Source: Marsupella aquatica (taxonomy: Eukaryota > Plantae > Marchantiophyta). Taken from it: 64,000 nt of DNA. The position numbers were made by a program, and so were the translations under genes. This document shows, one piece after another, positions 63,845-64,000 of the stretch. The stretch is from contig OZ316898.1 of NCBI GenBank assembly GCA_973895155.1, forward strand, positions 11,679,187-11,743,186, given 5' to 3'. The notes under the pieces were generated by a model, which saw only the letters and a program-made list of their open reading frames with translations, was not told where the DNA came from and made no database searches. Each line of letters begins with the position of its first letter. The first letter of the stretch is position 1.

Positions 63845-64000
63845 GTGAAAGATGAAATAGTCGTGCTGTTTGGATTACGTTGGTCTCCCGTGGTGTAGGT
63901 GGGCTGCATCTGCCTTGAAGGTTTGAAGCTTCCAAACTGAAGGGTAAATTGGTGGTGCTGTTTGGATTACGTTGGTCTCCCGTGGAGGAGGTGGGCTGCA

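Noticed and set aside
63591-63935. ORFs with 19-aa repeats
   Set aside because: A by-product of a perfect 57-bp DNA repeat open on both strands, with no synonymous variation.

Overview
This window is nuclear DNA from a land plant. It has spliceosomal GT-AG introns and plant-type genes; a non-seed-plant (bryophyte-like) origin is inferred, not proven. Four intact host genes were reconstructed by hand: (1) the 5' part of RPLP0 on the minus strand, running off the left edge; (2) MED20, 5 exons, head-to-head with RPLP0; (3) a GalT/HIT-family ADP-glucose phosphorylase-like gene with an unusual C-terminal array of seven 14-aa repeats; (4) a 21-exon RECQL4/plant RECQ5-like helicase that carries an N-terminal Sld2-like domain and a SAP domain. 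The middle ~37 kb is an accessory, TE-rich block. It holds two tandem paralogues of a ~1300-aa sacsin/NO VEIN-like GHKL ATPase gene: copy 1 has a single 1-bp frameshift, copy 2 is a clear pseudogene, and divergence between them is patchy. The block also holds two decayed PIF/Harbinger elements (one with a convergent Myb/trihelix partner ORF ending in a SHOCT-like motif), a decayed CACTA-type element, palindromic and hairpin elements, and many tandem repeats. A broken NLR-type LRR fragment starts just downstream of the RecQ stop codon. No rRNA, tRNA or CRISPR array was found. All family assignments come from recognised motifs; no database searches were run.
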